Of a stretch of DNA of 15,429 bases, positions 13,926 to 15,429 are shown piece by piece. A model generated the notes under the pieces. The model did no database searches. It worked only from the letters and a program-made list of their open reading frames with translations, and was not told the DNA's origin. Numbering within the stretch: position 1 is the stretch's first letter; each line of letters opens with the position of its first letter. Position numbers and translations under genes: made by a program. The stretch is from Chthoniobacteraceae bacterium (GTDB lineage Bacteria > Verrucomicrobiota > Verrucomicrobiia > Chthoniobacterales > Chthoniobacteraceae), in contig JBEBGD010000124.1 of NCBI GenBank assembly GCA_040081625.1, positions 1-15,429 of the forward strand, written 5' to 3'.

Positions 13926-15429
13926 GATTCTGCCGCGCGCTCATCGCTGCATTCGCGCTCGCGCTGCCTGCGGCTCACGCCGCGAAGCCGACGCCGGAGG
14001 CCGTCGCGACCATCGTCGTCTTCAACGAAAACGACCCCGACTCCGGCGAACTCGCGCGCTACTACGCGGCGCAGCGCGGAGTGCCGGAGGAGAATCTCGT
14101 CGGCCTCAAGTGCTCCGCGAATGAGCAGATCAGCCGCGAGGAATTCGATCGCGACATCGCCGGGCCGCTGCGCGCGGCCTTCGAGAAGAACCAGTGGTGG
14201 AAGCTGCGCGAGGCCGACGGGCCGCTCGGTCGCGTCGAGGCGAGCAGCATCCACTTCGTCGCGCTCATGCGCGGCATCCCGCTGAAGATCTCGCGACTGG
14301 CCACGCCCTATGAGGGCGACAGCACCGCCGGCCCGCCGCAGATCATGGCGCACAACGAGGCCGCGGTCGATTCGGAGCTGGCGGTGCTCGGCGTCCATAC
14401 GCGCCACATCTCCGGCGGGTTGAACAATCCGTATTTCCGCAGCTACCAGCGGACGCGGGAGAGTGGCCTCGCGTCGCTCCTGCTCGTCTGCCGGCTCGAT
14501 GCGCCCACGCCCGCGCTGGTGCGGCGGATGATCGACGACTCGCTCGCCGCCGAGCAGCGCGGGCTGAGCGGCATCGCCTACATCGACGCGCGCGGCACGA
14601 AGGATCCACAGCTCAAGGAAGGCGACCAATGGCTGCTCAACGCCGCGACGACGGCGCGCCGCAAAGGAATGCCGGTCGTGCTCGACACTGGTGCGGGGCT
14701 TTATCCCCACGACTATCCGATGACGCACGCGGCGATCTATCTCGGCTGGTATGCGGAGCACGTGGCCGGGCCGTTTGCGCGGGCGGACTTTCGCTTCGAG
14801 CCGGGCGCGGTCGCGCTGCATCTGCACTCGTTCAGCGGATCGACGCTGCGCGATCCAAAGCGCAACTGGTGCGCGCCGCTGCTCGCGGCGGGCGCGGCGG
14901 CGACGGTGGGCAACGTGTATGAGCCGTATCTCGGCTTCACGCCGAACCTCGACGTGTTCTTCGACCGGCTGCGCGCGGGCTTCACCTTCGCCGAGAGCTG
15001 CTACATGTCGCAGCGGCTGCTTTCGTGGATGACGACGTTCGTCGGCGACCCGCTCTATCGGCCGTTCAAGAACGTCGAGGTCTCCTCGATCGACGCGCCC
15101 GCCGATGAATGGGAGGCGTATCGGCAGGGCGCTCGCGTGTGGTTCGAGCAGAGCCCGAAGGCCGGCGAGGCGGCGCTGCGCAAGTCCGCGACTCAATTCA
15201 AGAGCGGCGCGATCCTCGAAGGACTCGGCCTGCTCCAGCTCTCCGCGGACCGGCTCGACGACGCGGCGCGCACGTTCGAGGCGGCGGCGGCGGCTTACAC
15301 GGAACCCGCCGACATCCTGCGCGCGACGATCCACGAGGTCTTCCAGCTCCGCACGCTCAAGCGCCGCGACGAAGCGCTCGAGCTCGCGCGCAAACGCATC
15401 GCGCAATTCCCCGGCGCGCCCGGCGCCGG
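13922..15429 (+). CDS. TIGR03790-like exported protein with TPR-like C-terminal region (partial, runs off window; absent from the ORF track)
   Basis: Own translation from ATG 13922 (ATGA overlap): signal-peptide-like MRFCRALIAAFALALPAAHA, then VVFNENDPDSGELARYYAAQRGVP, GIPLKI, AAVDSEL, NPYF, LVCRLDAPT, YLGWY, PGAVALHLHSFS, GAAATVGNVYEPYL, GFTFAE and VGDPLYRPF. No stop seen to the window end. Confidence 0.82.
   Translation, partial: MRFCRALIAAFALALPAAHAAKPTPEAVATIVVFNENDPDSGELARYYAAQRGVPEENLVGLKCSANEQISREEFDRDIAGPLRAAFEKNQWWKLREADGPLGRVEASSIHFVALMRGIPLKISRLATPYEGDSTAGPPQIMAHNEAAVDSELAVLGVHTRHISGGLNNPYFRSYQRTRESGLASLLLVCRLDAPTPALVRRMIDDSLAAEQRGLSGIAYIDARGTKDPQLKEGDQWLLNAATTARRKGMPVVLDTGAGLYPHDYPMTHAAIYLGWYAEHVAGPFARADFRFEPGAVALHLHSFSGSTLRDPKRNWCAPLLAAGAAATVGNVYEPYLGFTPNLDVFFDRLRAGFTFAESCYMSQRLLSWMTTFVGDPLYRPFKNVEVSSIDAPADEWEAYRQGARVWFEQSPKAGEAALRKSATQFKSGAILEGLGLLQLSADRLDDAARTFEAAAAAYTEPADILRATIHEVFQLRTLKRRDEALELARKRIAQFPGAPGA

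Noticed and set aside
13628..15406. 592-aa minus-strand ORF
   Set aside because: Antisense shadow of the plus-strand TIGR03790-like gene, which has a signal peptide, family motifs and an ATGA-coupled start.

Overview
A GC-rich bacterial chromosomal window, probably from Verrucomicrobiota or a similar lineage (inferred from gene style and the TIGR03790-like gene; not provable here). In order it carries: the 3' end of a probable mutS (+); a saccharopine/carboxy(nor)spermidine-dehydrogenase-family gene and a secreted DUF1460 (NlpC/P60-like) amidase gene (both -), separated by an inverted heptamer-repeat hairpin; an 8-gene Wsp-type chemosensory operon (+: stand-alone receiver, wspA, wspB, wspC, wspD, wspE, wspF, wspR-like); recN (-); a PhnP-like MBL hydrolase; and a TIGR03790-like exported protein running off the right edge (+). 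The main observation is that the Wsp pathway looks rewired. The terminal regulator keeps a WspR-type receiver and stalk but has no GGDEF domain, ending instead in a small Cys/His-rich module (LPICCYCKRVR...W..IDEYL...SHGVCDDC). The receptor has a sensor region about twice the length recalled for Pseudomonas WspA, and an extra single-domain receiver heads the operon. All family assignments come from motif recognition, not database searches.
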